A stretch of DNA of 64,000 bases from Candidatus Saganbacteria bacterium (GCA_009772965.1 WPAF01000007.1:14379-78378); one strand, 5' to 3'. Counted from the stretch's first letter, positions 19,656 to 29,000 are shown. Made by a program: numbers and translations. The notes: generated by a model from the letters alone, not told the origin.

Positions 19656-20734
19656 AAATTCTTTTAACCGGCGCCACAGGTTTTGTTGGAAGTAATATTT
19701 TAGAATTTCTGGTCGAAAATCACGAAGTTGATGAAATTTATTTAATTCTTCGGTCTACATCAGAACAAAATGCTTCTTCACGATTTCAAGATATGGTTGC
19801 CGCATCTAATACAATTGCCAGACATTACAACAAGGTGAAGCTTTTTAACGGTGATTTGAGCGTTAGGAATTTTGGCTTAAAGGAAAACGAGTATAAGTTT
19901 CTAACTCAACAAACCAATATTGTCATTCATGCCGCGGCCTCAACGCAATTTGACCTAGAATTGACAGAAGCCATGAAAATTAACTTCGATGGCACCAAGC
20001 ATATCCTCGATTTTTCAGAAGCATGCAAGGAATTCAAGCATCTTTTTTATATTAGCACTGCATATATTGTTGGCAATTACCCCCAGGTTTTTAAAGAAAG
20101 CGATTATAATGTTAATCAAAAGTTTGAAAACTCCTATGAAGAAACAAAGTATTTAGCCGAAGGAGAAGTAAGAAGAGGAATTAGCTCTCTACACTCGACT
20201 ATTATTCGCCCTTCTATCCTCATCGGCGATTCACAAACTGGAAAGGTTCAGGGGTTCAAAGTCTTATATCCATTTATTAAATTGATTGCGCAAAAAGCTC
20301 TTTCTATCATTCCATGCCAATCAGAAGCCTGTCTAAATTTGGTTCCAATTGACTACTTTAATCTGATATTTAGCATTCTTTTTAAATATCAACTATCAAA
20401 GAATAAACCATCCCATCTAAACATTAGTACTTCCACCTTCCATGTTATTAACAATCAAAATGCCATGATTAAAGATTTAATTGAGTACGGGTGTCCAATT
20501 TTAAATATTGAAGCGCCTCTTTTAGTAGATCCGGAAAAATTACCACCTCAAAGAAGAAGGGTTATTAAAAGAATGTTTAATCATTATTTCCCTTATCTCA
20601 ATCGCCCACATTTATTTGACAATAGTAATACATTAAAAGTTGCTCAGCATCAGTGCCCAATTATTGGCAAGGATATTATAAAGAATATGCTTAATTATTG
20701 TTGCGAAGTAGGATATTTAAATAAACATCGATGA
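19652..20734 (+). CDS. NAD(P)-binding thioester-reductase / fatty-acyl-reductase-type SDR (NAD_binding_4-like)
   Basis: LTGATGFVGSNILEFL then LRS, and a YEETKYLAE YxxxK catalytic motif. Matches the male-sterility/thioester-reductase domain family. ATGA overlap on both sides. Confidence 0.75.
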   Translation: MKILLTGATGFVGSNILEFLVENHEVDEIYLILRSTSEQNASSRFQDMVAASNTIARHYNKVKLFNGDLSVRNFGLKENEYKFLTQQTNIVIHAAASTQFDLELTEAMKINFDGTKHILDFSEACKEFKHLFYISTAYIVGNYPQVFKESDYNVNQKFENSYEETKYLAEGEVRRGISSLHSTIIRPSILIGDSQTGKVQGFKVLYPFIKLIAQKALSIIPCQSEACLNLVPIDYFNLIFSILFKYQLSKNKPSHLNISTSTFHVINNQNAMIKDLIEYGCPILNIEAPLLVDPEKLPPQRRRVIKRMFNHYFPYLNRPHLFDNSNTLKVAQHQCPIIGKDIIKNMLNYCCEVGYLNKHR

Positions 20735-21900
20735 CTTCATCTGAGATTAATTTTAGAATTGTAGATACTGTTGAGGCTTGTGGAAAAGATCGATGGGACG
20801 CTCTCGTGGGAGAACATGGGATTTGCAATTGCTATGATTATCTTCTCGCTTTAGAGAAATCCAAAATTAATGATTTCCGATACAAATATATATTAATTTA
20901 TCAAGAGAATACTTTAATCTTTGGCATGGTTGTTTTTGTCACCCAGCAACTCTATTTAGATGTTCCTGTCTCGCAAGAGTTTAAAAAAGTTATTAATTTC
21001 CTTCGTAATGTCTTCCCTAGATTTTTAGTCGCAAAAGCTATTGTTTGTGGTTCTCCGATAGCTGAATGTAATTATTTTTCTTATAAATCCGGCACTAACT
21101 TGCAATTTGTTTTTATGAAAGCCCAAGAAGCCATAGCAAAATTAGAACAAGAAGAAAAGATCAACTTAGTGGTTTTTAAGGATTTTGAAGAAAATCAACA
21201 AGTTGACCCCCACCTAAAAAAGCTTGGTTTTACTAAAGTTTATTGCCTTCCCAGCACTGTTCTAAAAACAAGATATGCCGACTTCAAAAAATACCTCAAA
21301 AGTCTTAAAAATAAATATAGAGCGAATATAGTTAATAAAATAAATAAAATTCACTGCAATCTTGATTCGGAAATTTCCTGGCAAATAAAAGATAAAATTG
21401 AAAGTATTTATTCTTTATATTTACAAACTTATGAGCGAGCGCCAGTAAAGTTTGAAAAATTAAATAAACAGTTTTTTCTGGATCTTTTCTCGAATTTGCC
21501 CGAAAAGAAGCGCTGTCTTTTACTCTTTAAGTATAATCAAAATATTATCGCTTTCGCAGTTCTTCTCATATGCAAAAATAATTGTATTAATTTTCGTATA
21601 GGAATGGATTACAGTGTCAACAAGGAATTGCATGTTTATTTCCATCTTTTATATCACAACATTGAATTTTGTATTAAACAACAGTTGGATAATCTTTATT
21701 TGAGCCAGACCTCATATCGGCCAAAATTAGAGCTTGGTGCAAGACTTTATCCGATCGTTGGTTATTTAAAGCATAGGAATCCTATTTGGCATAGGATATT
21801 ATCATTATTAATGAAAATATTTTTTAGAAGGTATTCTGAGTTAGCACTGTCCGCCAATCCTATAGAAACTTTAAAAAAAATATTTCCGGAGTATTATTAA
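20731..21900 (+). CDS. DUF482/FemAB-like (PF04339-like) GNAT-fold putative acyltransferase
   Basis: 389 aa. N-terminal W..L......CYDYLLALEKS recalls the DUF482 fLsALEeSG signature, recalled from memory and not searched. Confidence 0.55.
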   Translation: MTSSEINFRIVDTVEACGKDRWDALVGEHGICNCYDYLLALEKSKINDFRYKYILIYQENTLIFGMVVFVTQQLYLDVPVSQEFKKVINFLRNVFPRFLVAKAIVCGSPIAECNYFSYKSGTNLQFVFMKAQEAIAKLEQEEKINLVVFKDFEENQQVDPHLKKLGFTKVYCLPSTVLKTRYADFKKYLKSLKNKYRANIVNKINKIHCNLDSEISWQIKDKIESIYSLYLQTYERAPVKFEKLNKQFFLDLFSNLPEKKRCLLLFKYNQNIIAFAVLLICKNNCINFRIGMDYSVNKELHVYFHLLYHNIEFCIKQQLDNLYLSQTSYRPKLELGARLYPIVGYLKHRNPIWHRILSLLMKIFFRRYSELALSANPIETLKKIFPEYY

Positions 21901-21905
21901 TAGAA

Positions 21906-22586
21906 ATGAAATACTTAATAAGTATACTATTCGTATGTTTAACTATTTCAATAATTAGTAGGCCCGCTATCGGAAGCGAAGATAAGATTATAGATATATT
22001 AAGAAAGGCAGAAAAGGCTTACTCTCAAATTGGAAATTACTGCGCTGTTTTGGTTAAAAAGGAAAGAATTAATGATAAATATATTCTCGAGGAAATTTTG
22101 CTTAAATTCAAAAAACCATTTAAAGTTTACCTGAAATGGATTGGAAAAAACCATAAGGGTAGAGAGATAATATTTGACAAAGATAAAAACAATGGAAATA
22201 TGCTTGTAAGAGAAGGCAGTTTTCTACATTTTCTTACACACTCATTAAATCCCAAAAGCGATATGGCAATGGATGGACAGAGGCATTCAATAGATGAAAT
22301 TGGCATCGGAAACTTGATAACGAAAATTAGCATGGAAGTTAATAAAGCAGCGCAAAATAATGATATCGAATTATCATTTTCTGAAGATAATAACCACTAT
22401 GCTCTTTACGGTCATTTTCTGAATGATGAATATTATTCAAAGAAGTTTCATTTATTTGTAAATAAAGACAATTATATGATTAAACGAGCTGTTTTTTATG
22501 ATTCGAAAGGAATTTTTGAGGATTATACTTTTGATCAATTAGAATTAAACCAAAATTTCAGTGAGAAGGATTTCAGGTTTTATTAA
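21906..22586 (+). CDS. Secreted LolA-like/DUF1571-like lipid-carrier fold protein
   Basis: Signal peptide MKYLISILFVCLTISIISRPAIG; 226 aa. The composition is typical of periplasmic LolA-like proteins. Last gene of the co-directional operon. Confidence 0.45.
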   Translation: MKYLISILFVCLTISIISRPAIGSEDKIIDILRKAEKAYSQIGNYCAVLVKKERINDKYILEEILLKFKKPFKVYLKWIGKNHKGREIIFDKDKNNGNMLVREGSFLHFLTHSLNPKSDMAMDGQRHSIDEIGIGNLITKISMEVNKAAQNNDIELSFSEDNNHYALYGHFLNDEYYSKKFHLFVNKDNYMIKRAVFYDSKGIFEDYTFDQLELNQNFSEKDFRFY

Positions 22587-22857
22587 ATTGGATTTTAGAA
22601 AAGTATGCGGATGAGGGGCAAATATTTTTTAATCCGCATTGGGGGCAAAGCGGCTTTTTAGCCTTGCAGATATTTCGGCCGTGTTCAATTAATAAATACG
22701 CGGCATCTCCCCACATCGGCTTTGGAATTATTTTCATTAAATCCTGCTCGATTTTCTCCGGATTTTTATTTTTTGATAATCCCAGCCTTTGCGACAACCG
22801 GATTACATGCGTATCAACCGTTATGCCTTCTATTTTATTAAAAGCGGTATAAAGCAC
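22573..22857 (-). pseudogene. Displaced 3' fragment of endonuclease III (nth), duplicate of nth residues ~122-204
   Basis: The 94-aa ORF is nearly identical to the C-terminal part of the intact nth at 23870..24517 (LYNAFNKIEGITVDTHVIRLSQRLGLSKNKNPEKIEQDLMKIIPKPMWGDAAYLLIEHGRNICKAKKPLCPQCGLKNICP). Confidence 0.7.
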
Positions 22858-22866
22858 AACTGATGC
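22616..22866. repeat. Direct repeat copy A, ~251 bp and ~97 percent identical to 23918..24169
   Basis: Aligned by eye. Runs gggcaaatattttttaatccgcattggggg ... aaagcacaactgatgc, with about 5-6 mismatches or indels. Confidence 0.85.
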
Positions 22867-23041
22867 TACGATCTTATCCGCTTGGGCATTTCATGGCGGG
22901 CTTTGACCAAAGCGTATTTTTTGTGCTATTACTAATTCTAAAGATCCCAAAAATGAAGGAGCTAAAAAAAATAGCCTCTTTGGAAGAAAGCTGAAAAGAT
23001 AAATTGCATTAATAGGTGCTGAGCATTATAATCATTGTATT

Positions 23042-23242
23042 ATGAAACCTTGGGACGTAGAAGAAACACGAAAAAAACTAAATAAATTATCATCAACCAG
23101 AAGCGTACAGATTTTCTTTGATCTTCAACATGCGGCTTTTAAGATAATTAAAGCGTCATTAAAAGATGAAAATCCGCATCTCTCCGCTGCGGAAATAAAA
23201 ATTAAAATAAATCAGTTAGCTGAATCTCTGGGGAAATTATGA
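23042..23242 (+). CDS. Small helical hypothetical protein, upstream partner of the nucleotidyltransferase (antitoxin-like position)
   Basis: 66 aa. Its stop overlaps the next start (ATGA). Confidence 0.4.
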   Translation: MKPWDVEETRKKLNKLSSTRSVQIFFDLQHAAFKIIKASLKDENPHLSAAEIKIKINQLAESLGKL

Positions 23243-23769
23243 ATTTTGAGAAATTACTATCTGGAATAGAAAAAATATTTAAAAAAAGTAAGATTCCTTA
23301 TATGTTAGTTGGTGGATTTGCTATAGCTTATTGGGGATATCCTCGTCAAAGCTTAGACATTGATATTGTTGTTGATCTCAATCTCAAAAATATCTTGACT
23401 TTTTTATCTTTAGCAAAACAATTAGGATTTAAATTTGATCAGCAAGAAATTCAAATGATACTACCGATTGGTAATCGTTTTGTTATGGAGCTCGGTGATT
23501 TTAGGGCAGATATTTGGCTTCCAAAAACTCAATTTGAAATAAATGCGTTAAAAAATAGGAATAGAAAAAAAGTTTTTGGATATAATTTTTCTATTATTAG
23601 TGCTGAAAATTTAATTCTTTCAAAACTGTTAGCAGGACGGCCGAGAGATTTCGAAGATGCAAAGACTGTTATTTTACGTCGAAAAAACAAGTTAAACAGG
23701 GATAATCTAATGCATCAGGCCTTGGCTCTAAATATTGGCGATCTATTAGATAAATTGTTTGCTGAATAG
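23239..23769 (+). CDS. Minimal nucleotidyltransferase-fold protein
   Basis: VGGFAIAYWGYPRQSLDIDIVV fits the NTase GG-x(n)-DhDh signature; 176 aa. Second gene of a 2-gene cassette between the nth repeats. Confidence 0.55.
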   Translation: MNFEKLLSGIEKIFKKSKIPYMLVGGFAIAYWGYPRQSLDIDIVVDLNLKNILTFLSLAKQLGFKFDQQEIQMILPIGNRFVMELGDFRADIWLPKTQFEINALKNRNRKKVFGYNFSIISAENLILSKLLAGRPRDFEDAKTVILRRKNKLNRDNLMHQALALNIGDLLDKLFAE

Positions 23770-23869
23770 TAAATATACTTTATGGGACTGTTACAAAATG
23801 AGATTTTTTGGAAACCCCACACCTGCCTGCCGGACAGGCAGGGCAGGCGAGGCTTTAGTCTGGGGTGTA

Positions 23870-24517
23870 TTATGCAACAGTCCCATTATAAAACTTATTC
23901 ATGAAAGAATCGTAAAACGGGCAAATATTTTTTAATCCGCATTGGGGGCAAAGCGGTTTTTTAGCCTTGCAGATATTTCGGCCGTGTTCAATTAATAAAT
24001 ACGCGGCATCTCCCCACATCGGCTTTGGGATTATTTTCATTAAATCCTGCTCGATTTTCTCAGGATTTTTATTTTTAGACAATCCCAGCCTTTGCGACAA
24101 CCGGATTACATGCGTATCAACCGTTATGCCTTCTATTTTATTAAAAGCGTTATAAAGCACAACTGATGCGGTTTTTCGTGCAACGCCGGGAAATTTGATT
24201 AATTCTTCCATAGAATCGGGAACTTTGCCATGATATTTTTCAACTATTATTTTTGCGGAATTAATGATGCTTTTTGCCTTGTTCCTGAAAAATCCGGTTG
24301 AGCGGATTTCCTGCTCAAAATCTTTAGCGCTTGCATCGGCATAATCTTTTGCGGTTTTGTATTTTTTAAATAAGGCTTCGGTGACAATGTTTACCCTTTT
24401 ATCCGTGCATTGGGCGGAAAGGATAGTGGCAACCAGCAAGTCGATTGGGGTTTTATAGTTTAGCGCGATTTTCGCGTTTGGATAAAACTTTTTTAAAAGT
24501 TTGAATATTTGGTTCAT
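23870..24517 (-). CDS. nth: Endonuclease III (DNA glycosylase/AP lyase)
   Basis: HhH-GPD motif LIKFPGVARKTASVVL, catalytic Lys region, and the C-terminal [4Fe-4S] loop CPQCGLKNICP. Confidence 0.9.
   Translation of the reverse strand: MNQIFKLLKKFYPNAKIALNYKTPIDLLVATILSAQCTDKRVNIVTEALFKKYKTAKDYADASAKDFEQEIRSTGFFRNKAKSIINSAKIIVEKYHGKVPDSMEELIKFPGVARKTASVVLYNAFNKIEGITVDTHVIRLSQRLGLSKNKNPEKIEQDLMKIIPKPMWGDAAYLLIEHGRNICKAKKPLCPQCGLKNICPFYDSFMNKFYNGTVA
23918..24169. repeat. Direct repeat copy B, inside the intact nth gene
   Basis: See copy A. Confidence 0.85.
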
Positions 24518-24529
24518 CGCCGGTAGGCC

Positions 24530-24712
24530 TTACTCGGAGATGTCTATTGCGTCTGACGGGCATTGCGTGGAAATTTCTTCCAAACTGCATGTTTCACAAG
24601 TTTCTTTTATCACTTCAGCCTTGCCTTCCGAATTAAAGCCAAAAACTTCCGGACAGGCATCAACACAAATCCCGCATCCTATGCATAATGATTGATCTAT
24701 AGTCGCGCTCAT
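24530..24712 (-). CDS. Small [4Fe-4S] ferredoxin
   Basis: CIGCGICVDACP cluster motif, with a distal Cys-Pro. Confidence 0.7.
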   Translation of the reverse strand: MSATIDQSLCIGCGICVDACPEVFGFNSEGKAEVIKETCETCSLEEISTQCPSDAIDISE

Positions 24713-24724
24713 TTTTACCTCCCC

Positions 24725-24958
24725 TCAGCTCATTAGGCCCAAGGCCTGCATAATCTTTGTTTTATTAAAACCAATGATAATAGTACCATTGATGTCTATA
24801 ACAGGAACTCCAAGCTGTCCAGACTTTGAAATCATTTCTTCCGCGGCTGATTGGCTGCTTGACACATCGATATTTTCAAACTCAATATTGTTTTCATTGA
24901 AATACCGCTTGGCCATGACGCAATAGGGGCAGGTTGGTGTTGAATATACTTTTATCAT
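24725..24958 (-). CDS. Glutaredoxin-like protein (NrdH/Grx family)
   Basis: 77 aa with the CPYC active site in YSTPTCPYCVMAKRY, and GVPVIDINGTII. Confidence 0.75.
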   Translation of the reverse strand: MIKVYSTPTCPYCVMAKRYFNENNIEFENIDVSSSQSAAEEMISKSGQLGVPVIDINGTIIIGFNKTKIMQALGLMS

Positions 24959-24962
24959 AATT

Positions 24963-25163
24963 TTATCCCTTATTTATCGCTTCAAGTAATTCATCAATGG
25001 GAATCCCATGCACTTCCGCGGCCTGTTCCAATGTTTCCCCCTGGGCTATTACACAGCCCAGGCAGTGCATACCTCGCGACATTAAAACCGCCGCCGCCTT
25101 TGGTTTTATTCTCAATATATCAGCAATAGTTTGGCCTTTGGTAATCTTAGATTCTTCTGCCAT
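24963..25163 (-). CDS. DUF1858-like redox-disulfide domain protein
   Basis: 66 aa. HCLGC motif in a ...TIADIL...GMHCLGC...TLEQAA context. Confidence 0.5.
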   Translation of the reverse strand: MAEESKITKGQTIADILRIKPKAAAVLMSRGMHCLGCVIAQGETLEQAAEVHGIPIDELLEAINKG

Positions 25164-25175
25164 AGGTAAATTATA

Positions 25176-26297
25176 TTATAGTTTGCGGTTCAATTCAATG
25201 TATCCAACAGCCATGATATCGTCGCCGACTTTTTCAACCTGTAAATTTTTTAGTTTAACGGCCTTTGCTAAGAATTTCTCGCCTTCGCCTTCTAATGGGG
25301 TTTTTGCTTTTTCCCCGCCGATTAATTTTGGGGCAATAAAAAACACCACTTTATCTACAATGCCGGAAGCAATTGCCAATGCATTGGTATTGCCTCCACC
25401 CTCAATCAAAATGCTGGTAATTTTTCTTTCGCCCAAATCTTTCAAAAGCAAATCGAGGTTGAAACGGCCTTTTGCGCTTTTTGCGACAATGATATTAGCT
25501 TTTTTTGCTTTCAATTTTTTTATTTTTTGTTTAGGGGCTTTATTGCTGACAACTATTATCGCGTTTTCGGGTTCTATCTTTAATATTTTAGAATTAATAT
25601 TTATCCTTGCCATGGGATCAAGGACGATTTTTTTCGGATTCTTGGTTTTTCCTTCAAATTCCCTTACGGTTAATTCGGGATTATCTTTAATGGCTGAGTT
25701 TACGCCTATAATGATGCCGTCAACAATATTTCTTAAATGATGGGCTTTTTTTCTGGCCTCAATGCTGGTTATCCAGAAGCTTTCTCCTGTTTTTGTGGCG
25801 ATTTTCCCATCCAAGCTCATGGCCGCTTTTAAAATCACATAAGGCCTTTTTGTTGTGATGTATTTGATAAAAACCTCGTTAAGGATTTTTGCTTCTTCTT
25901 CAAGCACCCCGACAACAACTTCAATGCCGGCTTCTTTTAATTCTTTAAATCCCTTTCCCGAGACTGAGGGGTTGGGGTCTTTTATGGCGGCTACTACCCT
26001 TTTTATCCCGGAGTTAATTATGGCTTGGGTGCAGGGAGGATTATTTTTTTCAACAAAAAAACAGCAGGGCTCAAGGTTAACATACATTGTGGCGCCAAAA
26101 GCATATTTCCCTGCTTTTTTTATTGCCCAGGATTCGGCATGGGGGGTAGTTGCTTCGGCGTGGTAGCCGGTTGAGATTATTTTTCTATTTTTAACTATTA
26201 CCGCGCCGACCATGGGGTCGGGAGAAGTTAATCCTCGTGTTTTTTCTGCGAGCTTTAGCGCTTCGCGCATAAATTTTATATCTTCTTCAGCTGGCAT
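25176..26297 (-). CDS. ribD: Bifunctional riboflavin biosynthesis protein RibD (deaminase/reductase)
   Basis: Deaminase zinc motifs HAE and PCxxC, then a C-terminal RibD_C reductase domain. Start is probably the internal Met (MPAEEDIKFMREAL), giving an ~11-nt overlap with relA/spoT. Confidence 0.8.
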   Translation of the reverse strand: MPAEEDIKFMREALKLAEKTRGLTSPDPMVGAVIVKNRKIISTGYHAEATTPHAESWAIKKAGKYAFGATMYVNLEPCCFFVEKNNPPCTQAIINSGIKRVVAAIKDPNPSVSGKGFKELKEAGIEVVVGVLEEEAKILNEVFIKYITTKRPYVILKAAMSLDGKIATKTGESFWITSIEARKKAHHLRNIVDGIIIGVNSAIKDNPELTVREFEGKTKNPKKIVLDPMARININSKILKIEPENAIIVVSNKAPKQKIKKLKAKKANIIVAKSAKGRFNLDLLLKDLGERKITSILIEGGGNTNALAIASGIVDKVVFFIAPKLIGGEKAKTPLEGEGEKFLAKAVKLKNLQVEKVGDDIMAVGYIELNRKL

Positions 26298-28308
26298 ACT
26301 GCATGATTCTATCATATTTTTTCAAAAAATTGTCCAATTGGATGGATTGAAAATTGCAGTAAATAGGAATATCTATTATTATTTTCCCGTTTTTCCTTTG
26401 ATAGCTTTCTATTGGGAAGAGATCAAATAATTTATTTATTATTTCATCTATGTTTGATGACTCTTCCAATTCCAGCTTAACCGTTTTTATAGGACTGCCA
26501 TTCGGGTTTTTAAGAGAATTTTTTAAGTTGCCAGCAATTTCTTCGGCAGACAATTTAGAATCAAACATTTGATCGGCAAGCGAGTCTAAAAAAATAATAG
26601 AATCCTCAGAGCTAAAATTATCGGCATTAATATAAATTCCAGCCAAGCTTTTTGCTAAGATTCCTTTTCCAAGCTTATGCTTAAATTCCAGGCTTTGGGT
26701 TTGGATATATTCATAAAACTTATATCTTGCCAGCGGATTTTTTAGCAGGGAATTATAGTCCCTATATTGAATTTCGTTTGATAGGTGTAGTACAATTACC
26801 CCAATTCCTTCGGAGATCGGCTGGTCGATGGGTTTGCTAATATCATAATGAAAGGCATTAACAAGATGTATTCCCGTTTGCGGGTCCGCGATAATAGCCG
26901 CCTCAAGCGGAGAAATCCCTCGCGGCAAGAGAACATCTCTTAAATGATTGATCCTTTGGCCTTTTTCATTATCTACTATGATATCGGCAAGCCGCGCTTG
27001 TGCCAGGGATTTAGTCAATAAAATTTTATCTCTCCTATCCATTACTGTCAGGATCAATCTCAGCCAATCATTGTTCAACCAAGGCAAATTGGGCTGGATA
27101 AATTTTCCGCCCGCCGTATAGGCCCCGTGCAAAACTCCTTCCTGCGCTACTCCTTGCATTTGCTGGGTTCTAATCTGAAATCTAATCAAAATTCCGTTAT
27201 ATGTAATGGCGGTATGAAGCGATTGGTAGCCGCCTATTTTTGGGTCCTTTATATAATCATGCCAGTAGCGGTCCATTGGCAGCCCAAGCCCATGGATTAA
27301 ATTAATGACCTGATAGCAGTCTTGTTCTGTTTCTACTGTAATTTGAATCATAATAATATCCGAAAAGTTTTTTATCTCAGCATTTTTCATAGTTGTGATT
27401 TGAAAAATTTCATAAGGAGTTCGTGATTTGCTGAATATTCTAAATAGTCTAGTAAAATAACTAGAATAATTAAATTGATTTGCACGCATCGATCTTAAAG
27501 GCAGGGAGGACAATAAACTCTCAAGATAAAGAGTTTTTATGGTTTTAATTAGATCTAATATGAGCTGGTTGTTTTTGTTATATACTTCTTTTATTGTTGA
27601 TTGAATAGCCGCGTGTTGGTTAGGATAAAGAGCCTTAAACGCCACATCCGATAAATGCCTGGCCGCTTTCATCAATCCAACTAAGACGCTAAGCGGAACA
27701 TAAAAATCAAGCGCTTCTTGGGCGTTTCTTATCCTGCTCTCATCCCCCAAGCTTTCTGCATCCAATAGATTAATGGCTCGATCAGTCATTTTAAGCCGGA
27801 GCGTCCTGATGTCTTTTAATAATGCCTGCAAGAATTTGTTGATATTCTCTTCATTAATCAATCTGTCGTTTTCAAATTGTTTTATTTTGGTCAACCCGTC
27901 AACCAGGCCGGCAACCGCTCCGCCAAATTTATCTTCAATAAAAGACAGGTCTATTTCAGTATCTTCGACTGTGTCATGAAGGAGTCCGGCAATCAGCTCG
28001 TCTTCGTCAACAACATGGAGCACCTCAAACTCTTTTTCGGCTAGCGTTATTGGATGGTCGGCGTAGGGGGAATTATTAAATTTACGGAACTGGTTCCTAT
28101 GGGCATAAACACACAAACCTGCGGCCTCAAAAAATCTTTCTCGATTAAAAATGGGTGAAGCTGCTTTTAGTTTATTTGCTAGAGAATAAATCCTATTGGC
28201 AAAAACCGATTTTCTAAGTTCTCTTATAAAAAAATCTCTTCCTGTTGGCACAATAAAAGTTTTCCCGGATTTTTGTATAAGAACGCGGGTTAGGTTAATT
28301 GTTAGCAT
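26287..28308 (-). CDS. RelA/SpoT-family (p)ppGpp synthetase/hydrolase
   Basis: HD hydrolase motif LLHDTVEDT, synthetase motif GYQSLHTAI; 673 aa. Confidence 0.8.
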   Translation of the reverse strand: MLTINLTRVLIQKSGKTFIVPTGRDFFIRELRKSVFANRIYSLANKLKAASPIFNRERFFEAAGLCVYAHRNQFRKFNNSPYADHPITLAEKEFEVLHVVDEDELIAGLLHDTVEDTEIDLSFIEDKFGGAVAGLVDGLTKIKQFENDRLINEENINKFLQALLKDIRTLRLKMTDRAINLLDAESLGDESRIRNAQEALDFYVPLSVLVGLMKAARHLSDVAFKALYPNQHAAIQSTIKEVYNKNNQLILDLIKTIKTLYLESLLSSLPLRSMRANQFNYSSYFTRLFRIFSKSRTPYEIFQITTMKNAEIKNFSDIIMIQITVETEQDCYQVINLIHGLGLPMDRYWHDYIKDPKIGGYQSLHTAITYNGILIRFQIRTQQMQGVAQEGVLHGAYTAGGKFIQPNLPWLNNDWLRLILTVMDRRDKILLTKSLAQARLADIIVDNEKGQRINHLRDVLLPRGISPLEAAIIADPQTGIHLVNAFHYDISKPIDQPISEGIGVIVLHLSNEIQYRDYNSLLKNPLARYKFYEYIQTQSLEFKHKLGKGILAKSLAGIYINADNFSSEDSIIFLDSLADQMFDSKLSAEEIAGNLKNSLKNPNGSPIKTVKLELEESSNIDEIINKLFDLFPIESYQRKNGKIIIDIPIYCNFQSIQLDNFLKKYDRIMQYAS

Positions 28309-28364
28309 GGCTAATTATATGTCCTGCAATAATTGGAAAAATTTCAGGGGGAATTAAACAATAT

Positions 28365-29000
28365 TTATCTTTTCAGTTTATTGATAGCTTCTCTATAATT
28401 GCTGGAATAGAAGATTGCCGAGCCGGCAACTAAAATGTTTGCACCCGCCTTGACTGCTTCTTTTGCGGTTTCGGCATTGATGCCTCCATCCACCTCAATA
28501 TCAAGCGAGTTGCCTGCTTTTTGGCGCAGCGATTTGATTTTTGGAAGGACTTCGGGCAAAAACTTTTGCCCCTCAAACCCGGGGTTGACTGTCATAAGAA
28601 GGATCATTTGCACTTTATCAAGAATATTAAAAACCGATTCAATTGGAGCGCCTGGATTTACCGCAACTCCGGCTTTTGCGTTATTGCGTTTTATCAGTTC
28701 CAGGTCTTCGATAAGATTTTTTGAGGCCTCAACGTGGATTGTAATAATATCGGCGCCGGCTTTTGCAAAGTAGGGGATGTAGCGGTCGGGATTTTCTATC
28801 ATTAAATGGACGTCCAGAGGAAGGTTGGTTATTTTTTTTACCGCTTTTACCACCAGCGGGCCGATAGTTATATTTGGGACAAAGTGCCCATCCATAACGT
28901 CAATATGGATTAAGTCTGCGCCCGCTTTTTCTACTGCTTTTATTTCATCTCCAAGTTTTGAAAAATCAGCTGATAATATGGAAGGGGCAATTTTTATCAT
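28365..29000 (-). CDS. rpe: Ribulose-phosphate 3-epimerase
   Basis: MIKIAPSILSADFSKLGDEI...HIDVMDGHFVPNITIGP. Confidence 0.9.
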   Translation of the reverse strand: MIKIAPSILSADFSKLGDEIKAVEKAGADLIHIDVMDGHFVPNITIGPLVVKAVKKITNLPLDVHLMIENPDRYIPYFAKAGADIITIHVEASKNLIEDLELIKRNNAKAGVAVNPGAPIESVFNILDKVQMILLMTVNPGFEGQKFLPEVLPKIKSLRQKAGNSLDIEVDGGINAETAKEAVKAGANILVAGSAIFYSSNYREAINKLKR

